This document shows, one piece after another, positions 23,901 to 36,900 of a stretch of DNA of 64,000 bases. The stretch's first letter is position 1; every line of letters begins with the position of its first letter. The notes under the pieces are model-generated. The model saw nothing but the letters and a program-made list of their open reading frames with translations, ran no database searches and was not told where the DNA came from. Both the position numbers and the translations under genes were made by a program. Source of the DNA: Takakia lepidozioides (taxonomy: Eukaryota > Plantae > Bryophyta); the NCBI GenBank assembly GCA_030704615.1, contig CM060732.1, positions 47,988,001-48,052,000 of the forward strand. The letters run 5' to 3'.

Positions 23901-24594
23901 GCAAAAAAAAAAAAAAACGGGAAATTACTTGGGATGGGTTCCAAATTACATTGCCCATACAGGAAAAATGATGCCTCGTAAGCATAAACTATATATTTTA
24001 GGCATATTTCTTATTCTTGCGGTTTTGGGTGATGTTACCTTACTTGCAGCTTAGGGCATACCATCAATATTGAAAATTCATGAAAATCAACTGAAAATAC
24101 CATCAACTGAAAACAGTTTTTTCAATATATGAAGCAAAGAGTTTGTTTGATTGTTTTGTTTTGTTTTGTTTGTCACGTGGACCGCATCCATGCCAGAGGG
24201 GCTTGTCATCTCTACAATTTTCTGTTAGTCAATGATTATCCTTTCAAAGTTTTCTCTTCAAAGAACCCTCACCCATCGTTCATTGATAAAAAATTTCCTC
24301 TCTACTATTAGGTTGCTTCTCATCGACAGTACTTCAAGTTGAATCCATCTGGTGTTTACTTATACGGTGATAGTTCTCACTCCTGAATGAACTACTCTAA
24401 TACACAGGTCTCCATTGACGTACATAATGTTATGCCTCAAATAGGAGAGTCTTGGTACATTCAAAGGTTCTTCACCTATGTTATATAACTAATAACAATA
24501 GTTCTTGTAGTAGGTCCTGTTGGGCTTACTGACTCATCTACTCTTGGCAATAATATCAAGAAGGTAAGTGTATGGTTCTGTCCACTGTACCACC

Positions 24595-24905
24595 ACCCAC
24601 CATGGCCCCATTGGACCGTGATGAGTCCCAAGACTCCCCACGACTCCCACCACAAGGTCTCCGCCCCATGGTGAGTCCTATGCCACCCCCACTAAGACCC
24701 ACTAAGCTACCACCACCCCTCGTGGAACCACCCCCACCACAACCCGGTGTGCGGGGCTCCACCTAGTAAGCGCCTCCGCCTCCTTGAGTGCCTTGGGCAC
24801 TCAAGGGTGCTTCAGCCCCCGTACCTATTGTTGCCACCGCCCCCACCATAGGGGCAGCTCATTTTGTGTCCCAACCCCCTGCCCTCAAGGCAAAGGGCCA
24901 CGACA
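24595..24905 (-). mobile_element. Partial solo LTR of the chromovirus family
   Basis: Matches 63627-63938 including the terminus ..GGGCCACGACA. Confidence 0.88.
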
Positions 24906-25010
24906 CAATCATTCTAGGTCATGGATATTTTCATGGCAGAAACACTAATGTGAGTATGTGATGAACTTGCTCATGATAACTTTGTCTCTCATCTTTTACA
25001 TGCAAGAGCG

Positions 25011-25730
25011 GGGAAGAGGAAACAAATGTTGTTAATTTTGAGTGTCAATGGATTCCTCTGCTACCAGCCACCTCCAACCGGCGGTGAACTATTTAAGGAG
25101 AAATTTCGTTTCAGGAAAGTGACACTTCAAGTTCCTGACAAACCGTTTGTGGTGCCTCGGCCTGGAGTCTTGCAGTTTCTGGACCTTGCATTGAAGCATT
25201 TTTACGTGATCATTTGGTCATGCGTTGATAGAGGTATTCTTTGTAGGATGTTGGAGAGCTTCGTCCCCACGAAAATAGCGAAGAAGTTTTGCTTCATATT
25301 GTCAGCTGAGGATTGCAAGGATACTACGGTCGGTTATATCAGGCCCGGGATGAAATATATCGTGAAAGGTATTCGCAGTGTTATTGCCAAATTCCCTGGT
25401 AGACCGTTTGCTATGCAAGGGCAAATACTTATTGTAGATGATGAGCCATCAAAAGGCCTGCGAAACCCACAAAATATTGAATTTTTTCCTTTCTCATTCA
25501 CCAAACGGCTTGTGTGACCAGGATGATATGACAAAGGCAGTGTGGCCATATATATCGGAGATGGTTGGAGCTTCAACAGTCGTTGATTACATTAGCGATA
25601 ACCGGGCAAAGTGTTCTCATAAGCCTATTGGTCGAGACCATGCCTGCTGGGCATGGTATGGAAGATATCTTGATCCTTGTGTTTGGATCCCACAACTAAA
25701 GGAACCTGATTACCTTGGTAGGCACGTGGA
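25011..25730 (+). pseudogene. Intronless FCP1/NIF-like HAD-fold ORF lacking the catalytic Asp, frameshifted
   Basis: KQMLLILSVNG (normally LxLDxxG), RPGVLQFL..FYVIIWS, ILIVDDEPSK..RNP..FP; continues after frameshift with PYISEMVGASTVVDYI. Confidence 0.7.
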
Positions 25731-26924
25731 TCCCATTGTTCTGTTGTTTGTTCAGAATTTGATTTTCCAATTCTTTTGCATTTGCATTTGCACTCTAACC
25801 TCAACAAATGCTCATTTTGCAAAACTTCCACTTTGGGCCTAACATTTGTCATTTCAACCACATGTCCCCAGTTACATTCAAGGAACGAATTATAAAAGAG
25901 GAAGAAGAGTTGCTTGATTGGGAAGAATGGCGGGCGTGCCGGGAGGCTTTAAGGGCATCAAATAGAGTTGGTAGTAACATTTCAGATGACAATGTCAGGT
26001 TTCACCTTCCTGAAAGTATCTCCGTTTCCTTTGGTGCGGAGACCGTTGCAAGTGGTTGTGGTAACCGGAGGCGTCTTCGGACACATGCCTTGACTGCGAG
26101 CCATTTGGGATGAGACTCAATATTGTTAATGAGTTAGTGTAAGCCGTTGTCTGGCTTCAGAATCTATGGCTTGTATGACATTTAAGTCCATGATCAGATG
26201 TACAGTCGACGTTAATTTTTCTGTTGGTCTATCGCGAATGATACAATCTCAAATAAAATAAGAATGTTTGATATCATCAATCAGGTCCCGACAGACTCAT
26301 TTTTCCATGTTGTCATCTTTATCACATGGGCCATGATTGTTTTATATTTGGTTCTGCCATTGTTTGTATATGTCATTTTGGATATCGGAACTCTCATCAT
26401 TGTTTGATTCATTGCATCATCCCATTCCTTTTAATGAACGTCAACTTGGTAGTGGATGTTCCTCTAAGACCACAATACATGCTTGTATTTATGCGTAGAA
26501 TGTGTGGAGGATTATATAATTCGTTGTTATATAGTGCACAAATAGCCAAATAATTATATATATATATATATATATACACCGTAGTACCTTAGCAAGTTCA
26601 ACACTCTTCAGTCGAATGTTTATTTTATTTTGAGAATTCCATTTCGAAATATGGAATATTCCCAAAGATACTCTATTATCATTCACGAAATTATTTAATT
26701 TCATAAAACTAATTTCCAAAAATTTCAACAGTCTTTAAAATATTAAAATTTGTGTCGAACTTGCCGAGGTACTTTATTTCTATTATAGATTATATTTATT
26801 CATATAAGGCTAAATAATTATATATATATGTCTTTATTTCTATTATAGATTATATTTATTCATATATCTTATAATTATTTCTGGACCAAACAAAAGTCTA
26901 GAATGAGTTAAAATAGGGTTCAAG

Positions 26925-27008
26925 TCAAGGATTCTATGTTTGTGGATGATACATTCCTGCTCCTAGACGCACATCCCTCCACCCTGCGAGCGTCAGAAGA
27001 CACCCTGC
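26925..27008 (+). mobile_element. Isolated LINE RT fragment
   Basis: Matches 21491-21570 (SMFVDDTFLLL). Confidence 0.7.
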
Positions 27009-27180
27009 CGTTAGTAAATTGAAACGTGCTCACCACAAAACCAAACAATTGAAATTGAGAGGGTTTCTAAAATTGGGCTCCCATTGATTTATGTTTGGTG
27101 GTTTAATCATAACATTATCTAGAAGTGTTGTACATTTACATTGAATGTGTAAAGAAACAAAACAAAATAACAAAGCGATA

Positions 27181-27590
27181 TTAGAGCAGATTTCCAAAAC
27201 CAAATTTCAAATTTTAATTTGTTTTTGGGCAGCTTAAAAATGACGACGACGTGGCTGAAGAAAGGTAGAAACCTGTTAGAGCATATTTGCAAAAAAGATA
27301 TTCAAAATTCAGTTTTTGTTGGGTAGCTTTTAAAAATGAACAAAAATGATGTGGCATAATGATGACGTGGCATGATGCTATTCCTACTCTACACTAAAAC
27401 TAGTCTTCGACCTTTAGTCATGACTAGAACTAGGGCTGCGTGTTGCTCCACACTACTAGTGACGACTTCTAAGAACAATGTTCCCTTTAATTGAAAATAT
27501 ATTCAATACAAAAAAATAGGAACATTGACTAAAAACTTAATGCAGTCGTGTGATTTGACAGTACTCTAGCCAGATGTAGGCAACGTCGGC
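27181..27590. mobile_element. Short E1 element (possible subTIR TTAGAGCAG / CTRCTCTA + terminal hairpin) fused to Helitron E2 terminus
   Basis: Same CTAGAACTAGGGC junction as ~1621-1633; the E2 body resembles the reverse complement of 46290-46392. Confidence 0.5.
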
Positions 27591-27704
27591 TCCTCAAGCT
27601 TTGTTGAGAAAAAAGAATATTGGATCAACCAATTATTGCCCTAGTTCCGACTATTAAAAAATAATTATTTTTTAAAGGAAAGGAAGGCAGTAGCTGTTTA
27701 GGGC

Positions 27705-27975
27705 AGTGTGTTTCTTTTCACTTTTCCAAAAGTCGCCCCACACGGGCCACATATAGATTCTACCAAGCGCCCATGTGGCGAGAATAATGAGGTGGCAGGG
27801 TCATAAAAGTGGCTATATAACAGATGTCATATTTTAACGGATCCACGTAGGGAGAATCTGGCTCATGACATTTAACCATTGGCGCTTTCTGATGAGTTTT
27901 TTTAATTTTTGCTGGCATAATTTCTTTGTAAAAGTAGCTGGCCCATTTTCCAGGTCAAAATCTGGCGATTTTTTC
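27705..27975 (+). repeat. Dispersed unclassified repeat, copy 2
   Basis: Matches 23645-23900. Confidence 0.7.
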
Positions 27976-28786
27976 TTAATCACCTCAAAATATATGGGAC
28001 TTAGATCAGAATAAGTATATATATTATTTATTTGGCCAACGTGACACTTTTCTGGTTTGTTTTTTTTCACGTCGTGGGTATTTTTGTATTTTTAAGCATA
28101 TATGGCACATATTTTTATCCCTTTATTTTTTTAACTTATTTTTATATAAAACTGACGTGGGCAGGCCCTTGTCAGCATTTGATTTGATGCGACCTCACGC
28201 GACCTATCGTCACGTCAGTGCACAATCCTAGTTAAGGTGGTTGTAAACCCAAATAAATGTATACTCCGAACATAAAGTCCAAGCTACTTTTAATGGTAAG
28301 GTAGTTGTAGACTAGTCAAGACGAGATTACCTACTTTTAATGCTAAGGTCGAAGCTATGTTTAGTGTTAAGGTAGTTGTAGACCCAAATGAACTAGTCAT
28401 TGCCTTAAAGGCATGGCCCAATAAAGAGGAGTCTTTTATAAAGTATAGATATATATCATGTATTAGAATGATTAATTTTGATTCGTTTCGACATCATTGT
28501 CTTATGCAATGTTGGCTATTCAATTGGACAACGCAATGATCATAATATAACGATGGTATGTTGACATTGCAAATATGTCTCCATTGACAAATGTTTGTAT
28601 TGACATCGAACCTTTGAAAATGTCTGGACTTTGTATCAATACTTTTCGAATAAAAAATTCAAAATAGTTTGCGTGTCTTACGAGTAACTTTGATTCGATT
28701 TTTATTTAATGTGATTGTACAGAAAAACGAATCAGTATGTAAGAGCCCATTTAGACAACTTCTTTCGTGAAGCATACAACAACAAT

Positions 28787-29263
28787 ATGGATGCCAAACG
28801 TGTGTTCAAAACGGTGTTCCTATTTCTATGTCTCATAGTTTCCATAATCCCAGCTGAGAGTGCAGCTTGTTGTATTGCAAATCTCAACGGGAGTTGTTGT
28901 TTGTATCAATCAACCAACCTAAATAGTGAAACGTTCTTCATAACTAGTCCGTCTTCGACATATACTCTTGTCATGCAAGAGGATTGCAATTTGGTGCTAT
29001 ACAAGGTAGCTACAAATCAAGCATTATGGAGCAGTGGCACATATGACAAAGGTTCCAACTGTTACGCTTCTATGCAGAGTGATGGAAATTTGGTGGTTTA
29101 CAATGCCTACGGAAGTGAGATTTGGAACACTGGTCCACATACTTGTCCCAAAAATGCACCAGAATTCATCCTTGAAATACAAGATGATGGGAATCTTGTT
29201 ATGTATTGCTCTAGTCCCTCAACGACTTATCCTGTGTGGAGTACTGGGAAAAATGGTCAATAG
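28787..29263 (+). CDS. GNA-related (bulb-type) mannose-binding lectin, secreted, 158 aa
   Basis: Signal peptide MDAKRVFKTVFLFLCLIVSIIPAES; three intact QxDxNxVxY sites (QEDCNLVLY, QSDGNLVVY, QDDGNLVMY); W-S/N-x motifs; single exon. Confidence 0.93.
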   Translation: MDAKRVFKTVFLFLCLIVSIIPAESAACCIANLNGSCCLYQSTNLNSETFFITSPSSTYTLVMQEDCNLVLYKVATNQALWSSGTYDKGSNCYASMQSDGNLVVYNAYGSEIWNTGPHTCPKNAPEFILEIQDDGNLVMYCSSPSTTYPVWSTGKNGQ

Positions 29264-31149
29264 TAATAATTATGACTTACATGAGATGCTAGTTCGAAAT
29301 ACAAGAGCTCAAAAATATGTTACTCAATGATGATGATGATGATGATAACATTTGATATTTCTATGTCAAATAATTTATAGGTACATTGGAGTAAGATCAC
29401 GCTTTCAAATAAACTGCAGTGTATTTTTGGGTTACTAAAAATACTTGGCCATTTTGAGCATTGATGTGAAGTGGATGGATTGCAATTGCACAATTATCCA
29501 ACTTATATTGTACTGATGAAGAAAAGATGTGGAGATTAAGGGATGGAAGTGAGGCAGATAAATGAAGAGAAGAAGGCGGATGACTTCCAAGCATGAAGGG
29601 TCTTCCGAAATCAAGCGTGGGTTCAAATTTGGATCTAAGAAAATGAAGTAACATCTGTTCAATAACATGGTGCAGATTGATTCTAGGTTTCATGAAGGTT
29701 GTCCACATCATTAAGCTTTTTAAAAATCTAGTGGCCGGAAGGTCAAGACAAGATTTCCACCGTCACCCTAAAGGAGATTTTTTGTAATAGGGGAGGTGCC
29801 ATTTCAAGGCCCAAATGGCCTCAGCACTCGTCACCTCACCGATGGGGAAAGCGGAGAAATGGCACCTCCCTTGACGTAAAGAATTTGCCATTATTTTTCA
29901 TCTTCCCAAAACCATCTTTCGCGTTCCCGCCTACTAAAGGCTTCCTTCCCTTTGGATTTGGTGTAGCTAAGATTAGAGAGAGGTAGGCTGGTAATGACTA
30001 CTCCCAAGGATAACGGTTTCAAGAAACTATGTGGGCGAGATTCTCTTGCTTTCGATCGTCATAGAGTTTTTGTTGAGATAATGAGAGAGGCTAGTGTAAG
30101 TCCATTGCCCTCCAACATTGGTGATGATTATCTTTGTGGAGTCAGTGACGACGTTTTTCCTACAACTTTGTGATCTTGGATCTGCTGTAAAATTTGATGA
30201 GATATTAACAAATGTTGTACTTGCTGATGGACCTATCAAGTTTCTAGCAATGGTGCTTCCTTCTGCAAGTTTGAGCCTTCTTGAGATCGATCTTCCAATG
30301 GTTCATGATCCACCTACAATTGATTGTCCAACAATTCGTAACGAACTTCATATACATTCAGATAGCAATGTTCCAAATACTACTGTTGATTGGCTTTTTG
30401 TTGATAATTTAGCGTCAAATGAAAAGTTTCTAAATGACAAGGAGGTAGTTCCTCCGCTCTTAAATCTAATCCTCCGGGTTGTGGAATATATGATCCTTGA
30501 CTTCTTGAAATAGAACAAAGATCATTCACTTGATTTCGGGAGGTGAACCCAACCAAATTGCATAATATCATTACTAGCAGCGAACGGAAGAGTTATTTTT
30601 CAGAGAACTGAGGTCGTAGTATGTAGGTGCATAATTTAATGCGCAGATTGAGATTGAGAGTTTTTGAGGACTAAGAGATAAAGTTGTACGTAGACAGTGC
30701 AGAATCAGGACCATTTGTTACAGAAACTGCGAAACACCGATACTTCTACTGGAATGGCCCACAAATGGAAGGGTCCGTAACGACCATGAAACCAAAAGAG
30801 CTCAAACTCTATATGACTAGGGTATCTGCAAGGAACAGCAGTTGAAGGCATACGGTTCCAATCGTCAAGTTCGGACATCTAGGGGTCTGTTATACGACTA
30901 CAGACAACGGCCTACATGTTTCCCGTCTCAATGTCTGATCGCTATCAAATCGAAGACAAGTAAGGATAACTTGACCTCCAAGATAAAATGCCCGATGAGC
31001 TACATTTTAAACGACATAGTCATTAGTATGAAGTCTGTCCAAAACGATTGTTATGATCACAAAACCAGTCGTAACGGACTTTACGACTAGGGGGGCACCA
31101 GTGCTAGGAAACTAGTTCATTCAGTCAGCGCAGTGGAGAAGTGTCGGAC

Positions 31150-31730
31150 AAATTGCTCATGTGGCTAGAGAATGAGCACTGGACTAATGTGAACACATTG
31201 ACAAGAGATGTGACATGGGGATGAAGAGTGAAGATGCTTAGGATTGGTAGATGGGAGTGGGGAGATGATAATTATTAGGGAAAATAGAATGTGCTATGGT
31301 TGGTATTGGGTGAGTTCATAGGCAGCTAGGGCAAGGGCAGAGAAGTCACAGGTAGGGAGGCCAAAAGTGGATATTGGGTATGTGGTTGCAGATTGGGTGG
31401 TGGATGAGTTGGCGAGAAGGGGCATGAAATGGTCAGATAGATGTTGATATGCTGGCCTGAGTGAGACAATGTTGTTTTGAAAGTAAAGCGTATAACGATC
31501 TTGAGGGTCTGTAGAAAGTTCATTGATAATATTATTGATACTGTCTGGTCCCGGGTTGGGATGGATGTCACTGCATCTCATAAGTATAAGTAGTGCACAT
31601 ATTAGTTTAAATTTATTGTGATGCGATGGGGGGGGGGTGGAGGGGAGTGCTTGGATGCGAGGGGCTATAGTTGGTACCGACCATGGGGGCAGTGTGTTAG
31701 GAGGTAGATGTGGGGAGGTGGATTTATGTA
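31150..31730 (-). mobile_element. Probable non-LTR retrotransposon 5' fragment with 2A-like motif
   Basis: C/A-rich sense strand; ORF contains KLICALLILMRCSDIHPNPGP (motif 31546-31569). Confidence 0.45.
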
Positions 31731-34700
31731 GGTGAGCCGAAAAGGGACCAAGGTGTGGGGAGCTCTTCCGGACTGCCAACAACCAAAGGGAATTTCCACT
31801 AGGCCCAAAGTGAGCGAGGGTCTTGTGGAGGAGCAAAGGGGGACCGTTATGTCCCGGTGAGCGGCTGAAGCTCCATGCAATGACTACTTCATGGTCCACA
31901 TAGTCTCACAAGTCCAAGCACTCTTAGACAAACTACAGCAACTACCAACCCACCCCCAAAACTATATAGCACCTCCTCACACGCTTACTCACTAGTTTTT
32001 GGTCACCAACGGGTTTGCACCATTCTCGGGGTTACTACTCCCTATATATAATTTTGTGACTGTCCGCGGGGGTTTCATAAACAACCCAGTCATTTTATGG
32101 CAAACCACCACGAAGACCCTTGATTCCCGATGATGAGTCGCGGTGAGTCTTGGCCATCCGAGTTGGCCCGGCCGCCAGTTTGGGAGTTAGGCGCGCGCAT
32201 GAAAGCGAGTAACTATGACATGAAGGGGAGCTTACCGAAGTGAGGTGTGCGACACTTGGTATCAGAGTTTAGAGTTCAGTACGCGATCGTCCTTGAGATT
32301 GGCCTCATCATGGGGTCGGGCAAGACAAAACGAAAGCGGAACGGCCCGAAAGATGATGATCCTGGTGAGCCCGGTGGGGGCGACGAGTCACCGAAGCGGC
32401 AATTGGAAGAGGCGATTTATGCTTCTGAAAGCGAGGCCGTTCAAGAATAGGAAGAATCTGGGGCAGAGCCCGAGGACTTCCCGGAGGCTCCGGCAGACCA
32501 ACAGATGCCTCCCATGTCAACAGCCTTTTGGGAAGGGTTGTTGGCGCAGTTTGGCGGGACGTTGAAAGACGTGATGAGGGTGGCTAATGCCACTTCCACT
32601 AAGGCAAAGTTTAAGGTGAAGCCTAAGGAACCCGGCACCTTCGAGGGCGTCCGAAATCAGAAGGCACTCAACACCTGGCTCTTAGAGCTGGAGCAATACT
32701 TCCGGGCGGCCAAGTTGAGTAATGAGGATCGGGTGGAAGTGGCTCCCACCTATTTGAGGAGCTATGCTCAACAATGGTGGAAGAAACGCCTTCATGACCA
32801 AGGTCCAAACCCAGAAACCTTGAGCTGGAGTGGGTTCAAGGAACTTATGAAAAGACAGTTTGTGCCTCTCAACGCGTCCTGGCTCGCCCGAGACAAGATG
32901 AGACCCACACCTGTGAAGGAGGTACCAGGGGTCGAATATCAAGACACTGCAGCACCAGTGGCGGATGAGATGGTTCAGGAAGAAAATTTGGTGGGTCAAT
33001 GGCCTGAATGGTTCGTGAGGCACCACACTGTTGAGGATCAGGGAGAACGGCAGCAAGCTCCCCATGAAGACCCTCAGCAGACCATGCTTATGAGTTCCAT
33101 AAGCAGAACATTTAATGTATTGGGCACTTATGTGAAATCCCATGTTCTATCTACCCAATTGGCAGCTTTGAGGGAGGAACTCAGAAAGGAGTTTGAAGCT
33201 CGACTTGCCACTGAGTGTGCAAACAAGGTCGATGATGAGGTCAATCTCAAGTTACAGCAAGAGTTAGAAGATACAAAAGCTGCTTTGCAGTTGGCCAATG
33301 GCAGGGTTTCCCCTGGACAACCGCTGCACCTCTGGAATCACTGTTTCCCTTACCAAGCTAGAATTTTCATAGAGAAGGTCACCCTTCTCAATTTCAGCCA
33401 CAATCTGCTCTGTAGTGGGAATGTCCAACCTTTCTCCTTCCAAAGCAATTGGGGGTGATGCCACAACATATACTATCTGTGGAACCTCTAAAACAATAGA
33501 GTCAATTGGTTGTGGTGGGTGTGGTATCGAAATGACTTCCTCTTCCCTCTCTGAAGGCCCTGCTTCCAATAATAGCAGCTCTCTGTGCTGCTGTGCCCCT
33601 TCCTGCACAAGAGCTTGGGAAACATTATCATGCAGTTTCCGTGAAGCCAGTGGATCCGCCACTACAATCATACCCCGCCTCTGTCTCTTAGACTGGTGTT
33701 GCGCTGTCAGTCCACCCTCACTGTGTGAAGAGCCTTGCTCTTCAATTGTAGAAGCAAACGGATGACATTCGGGGATATGTTCAGGCTTTGAATGTGCTGT
33801 TGCTCAAAGTTGCGGATATGGCGGAACCAGAAATGGTCTTCAACTTTGTGGCGGGATTCGCCCCGTGGGCCAGGTGGAAGTTGGAGGAGAAGCCACCTAA
33901 GACTTTGAACGAGGCAATTGAAAGGGCTAAATGTTTCTCGGATGTCCCTAAGGGCGAAAGACAAGGCCGTACGGAGCTGAACCACAAGAAGGTCTGGCGG
34001 GAGGGTGACTCCTTCTGACTAGAAAAGAAGTGGGGTAGGCCACGCGACGACAATGACACATGGAAATCGAAGGGATGGCCTTCACACGCCAAAGCGACAC
34101 TCAGTGCTTCGAAAGGAAAATTAGATAGCGGCTTATGGCGGACAGAAGGCAACCTTCGATGGAGTGTGCTTTAATTGCGGGGAGCTCGGGCACATGGCCA
34201 AGAAGTGCGTGAAACCCCGACAATTGAACATGACTCGGGCGACCACGGAGCTGTACGAAGATTCCATTAGCCGCTTGGTGGAGGCGGTAGTCGCCAAGAC
34301 TTGTAAGGTAGACAACTACGCTTGTGAGTTATATTAGGAGACTGGCCCCTTGCGTAAATGGAGTTAGTTAATGTTCATGAGTGGGATAATTTCCAGAACT
34401 AACGTGTCGTTGTTGGTGGACACAGGAGTGTCGCACTTCTTCATGACACCGGCAACGGCATGGAAGCTGGGGCTCCCGACAAGTGATGTGGGAGCTTTTA
34501 TTGAAGTGCGTTTTGCCAAAGGAGAACCACAACTGATGACGAGGTTGGCGTTCGATGTTCCTCTTCAGCTTGGGGGTTGGGAGGGATGTGAGAACTTCAC
34601 CATTTGCGAGATCGATGGAGTGGATCTCATTTTGGGGATGACCTTTTTGAGCAAATCCGGAGCGGTGATAGATGGCCGTAAGAGAATAGTCACACTACCG

Positions 34701-35449
34701 TGTGGGAATGGTGGCAAAGTTTTACGGGTATCAGAAATGCCCAACCGAGTGGGAGGGCGAATAAACCTGCTGACAGTGGGCAATGGAGGAGCCACACGAG
34801 CCCCAGTTTTTGCTTTACGTAAGACAAGTGGGAGGAGAAGTCGATAGGGAGCCTAGCCCAGATTGAATCAAGGGGATCCTGGAGAAATACCAGGATGTGA
34901 TGCCGGAGGATTTACCAAGCGGCTTGCCACCACGAAGAGGAGTTGACCACAAGATAGAGGTGATACCGGGATTGGAGCCGCCTGCCAAGGCGCCCTACCG
35001 GTTGAGCCACAAAGAGTTGATCGAGCTGAAGGCCCAACTCAAGGATCTAATGTCAAAGGGGTATATCCGGCCGAGTAAGTCACCTTATGGAGCCCCGGTG
35101 CTATTCGCAGATAAGAAGGATGGGACGCTGCGGATGTGTGTTGATTACAGGGCTCTGAATAATGTGACTATAAAAAACCGGTATCATTTGCCAAGGATCG
35201 ACGACCTCTTTGATTGGTTGGCAGGAGCAAAGTATTTCAACCGGATCGATTTACTCTCAGGTTACCATCAAATCCGAGTGGCGGAAGGAGATGAGGAGAA
35301 GATCGCGTGCATGACAAGATATGATTCATATGAGTTTTTGGTAATGCCTTTAAGGCTCACCAACGCACCTGCGACCTTTAGCATGCTAATGAACAGCCTT
35401 TTCCAGGAGTGGTTGGATGACTTTGTGATCGTGTACATCGACGACATCT
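31731..35449 (+). mobile_element. Truncated, rearranged chromovirus copy (scrambled 5' LTR, PBS, gag, PR, RT to YIDD)
   Basis: LTR end ..GTGCGACA 32254; PBS TGGTATCAGAG 32257-32267; gag interrupted at 32903-33750; CFNCGELGHMAKKC; LLVDTG; RT ends at YIDDIL. Same family as 57054-63938. Confidence 0.92.
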
Positions 35450-36900
35450 TGTCACAAAAGAGAAGAAAGTGAAGAAATGATATCGAATAATACCGATGTA
35501 GCCTTATTGGAATGTCTCGCTGGCGGACTTGGGATCCCAACGGACGTGTTTTGACGAGACGCCGGTATGTCCGAGGTAGTCCTTTTCTTCCTCGAGTCTG
35601 CTCTGTCTCGTAAGATAGACTTCTTTCCGGTTGAACCGATTTGTATAAGAGATGGAAATGGTTTGGGGGCTCTATGCTGCTTCCTTGGTGCAGAACATTG
35701 CGCCGACACTGCAGGGTCGGGAAGTCGAGAAGTTGCAGTTGTTTCGTCCTTGTCCTTGTCCAAAGGGGGGCAGAGAAGGGGAACGCAATGGAAATTGTCC
35801 CTTGAGGACTCCACATCCTGAATGGAATACACGTAATGAAGAGATTACCTCGGAATAGAATTCCAATGCAGACGTCGTTTCACAGGAAGGTCATAATCCG
35901 CAGATTTTCTGGCCTGGAGTAGAACAAGAACATCAGATCCCAAACTAAGGAAAACAAACAATATGAGTAAGAATTCAGATATGAGTAATGTCACCTGACT
36001 CCTTCTGATTTGGGGGTGTCCAACCCTCGTGTTGGGGAGAGAAGGACGGAAGAGAGGCAACAGTATGCTATGGAGCCGCAGCCTCAGCCGCGTCCTCAAT
36101 GGCTGTCATTCTCGAGGTAGATTCAGACCCTTGACACTTAACAGGGAGGCTGAGGATTGTAGAGTGAGGTCCATCCAATCCCCTGTACATTTGTCTTGTT
36201 GACTTCCATCTTCGACATCCAATCCTAAACAATCATGCGACGGAACTTCCTTTTCAGGAATGGACTGAAGCAGAGGGTCGTGAAATTGAAGGGAAGCCAA
36301 GTGCATGGCTGATGCTTCACCGTTGATCACATGATTCTCAACAATACTGTGAATGTTGTCCCTCTGTTGACGAATTTATGATATGGAGGATTCCAATGGA
36401 GGTCCCGACGAAAAGTTGGCATCGCCAGCATCTCCATGAACCTGCCCAAACGAACATAGTCATCTTACATTGTTATTGTACACACAAAGGATAACCTCCA
36501 CTGAACAGTGGAGGTTGTCGGATATGAAAAAGCCCCCGCGACGACTTTTGGAGAAGACATGTATCCCAGAGGATCGTGGTGGTATAAGGGGGGGAGAAAC
36601 GTAAGGATGAGACTATGAGAGAGCAAACAATTCTATGTCAAATTGAAATAGACAGCACAATAGACAACAGTCCTTATGGAAATACAATGCAACCTAGAGG
36701 AAAACCAACCAAAAATTGAGATTGCAACATAGACATGGTTGATCAATGAAATCTTTATTTTGAAGCACCATATCGGAGATTCCGGTAATTAGAATCGTCA
36801 ATATAATCCAAGAGAGGCTTAAACTTGGGATCGGTGGAAACATTGGGATAAGGCTTAAATCCTATCATCTTTTCCGTGAGATAACTGGAAACGGTGCTAG

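Noticed and set aside
24572-24766. Proline-rich (extensin-like) protein
   Set aside because: Antisense reading of the G-rich chromovirus LTR.
26540-26880. (TA)n tract and 34-bp direct repeat
   Set aside because: Ordinary low-complexity AT-rich sequence.
28555-28610. WRKY W-box cluster upstream of the lectin
   Set aside because: The sites are TTGACA, not the canonical TTGAC(C/T).
30118-30513. 131-aa ORF
   Set aside because: No recognisable motif, start context or splice support.
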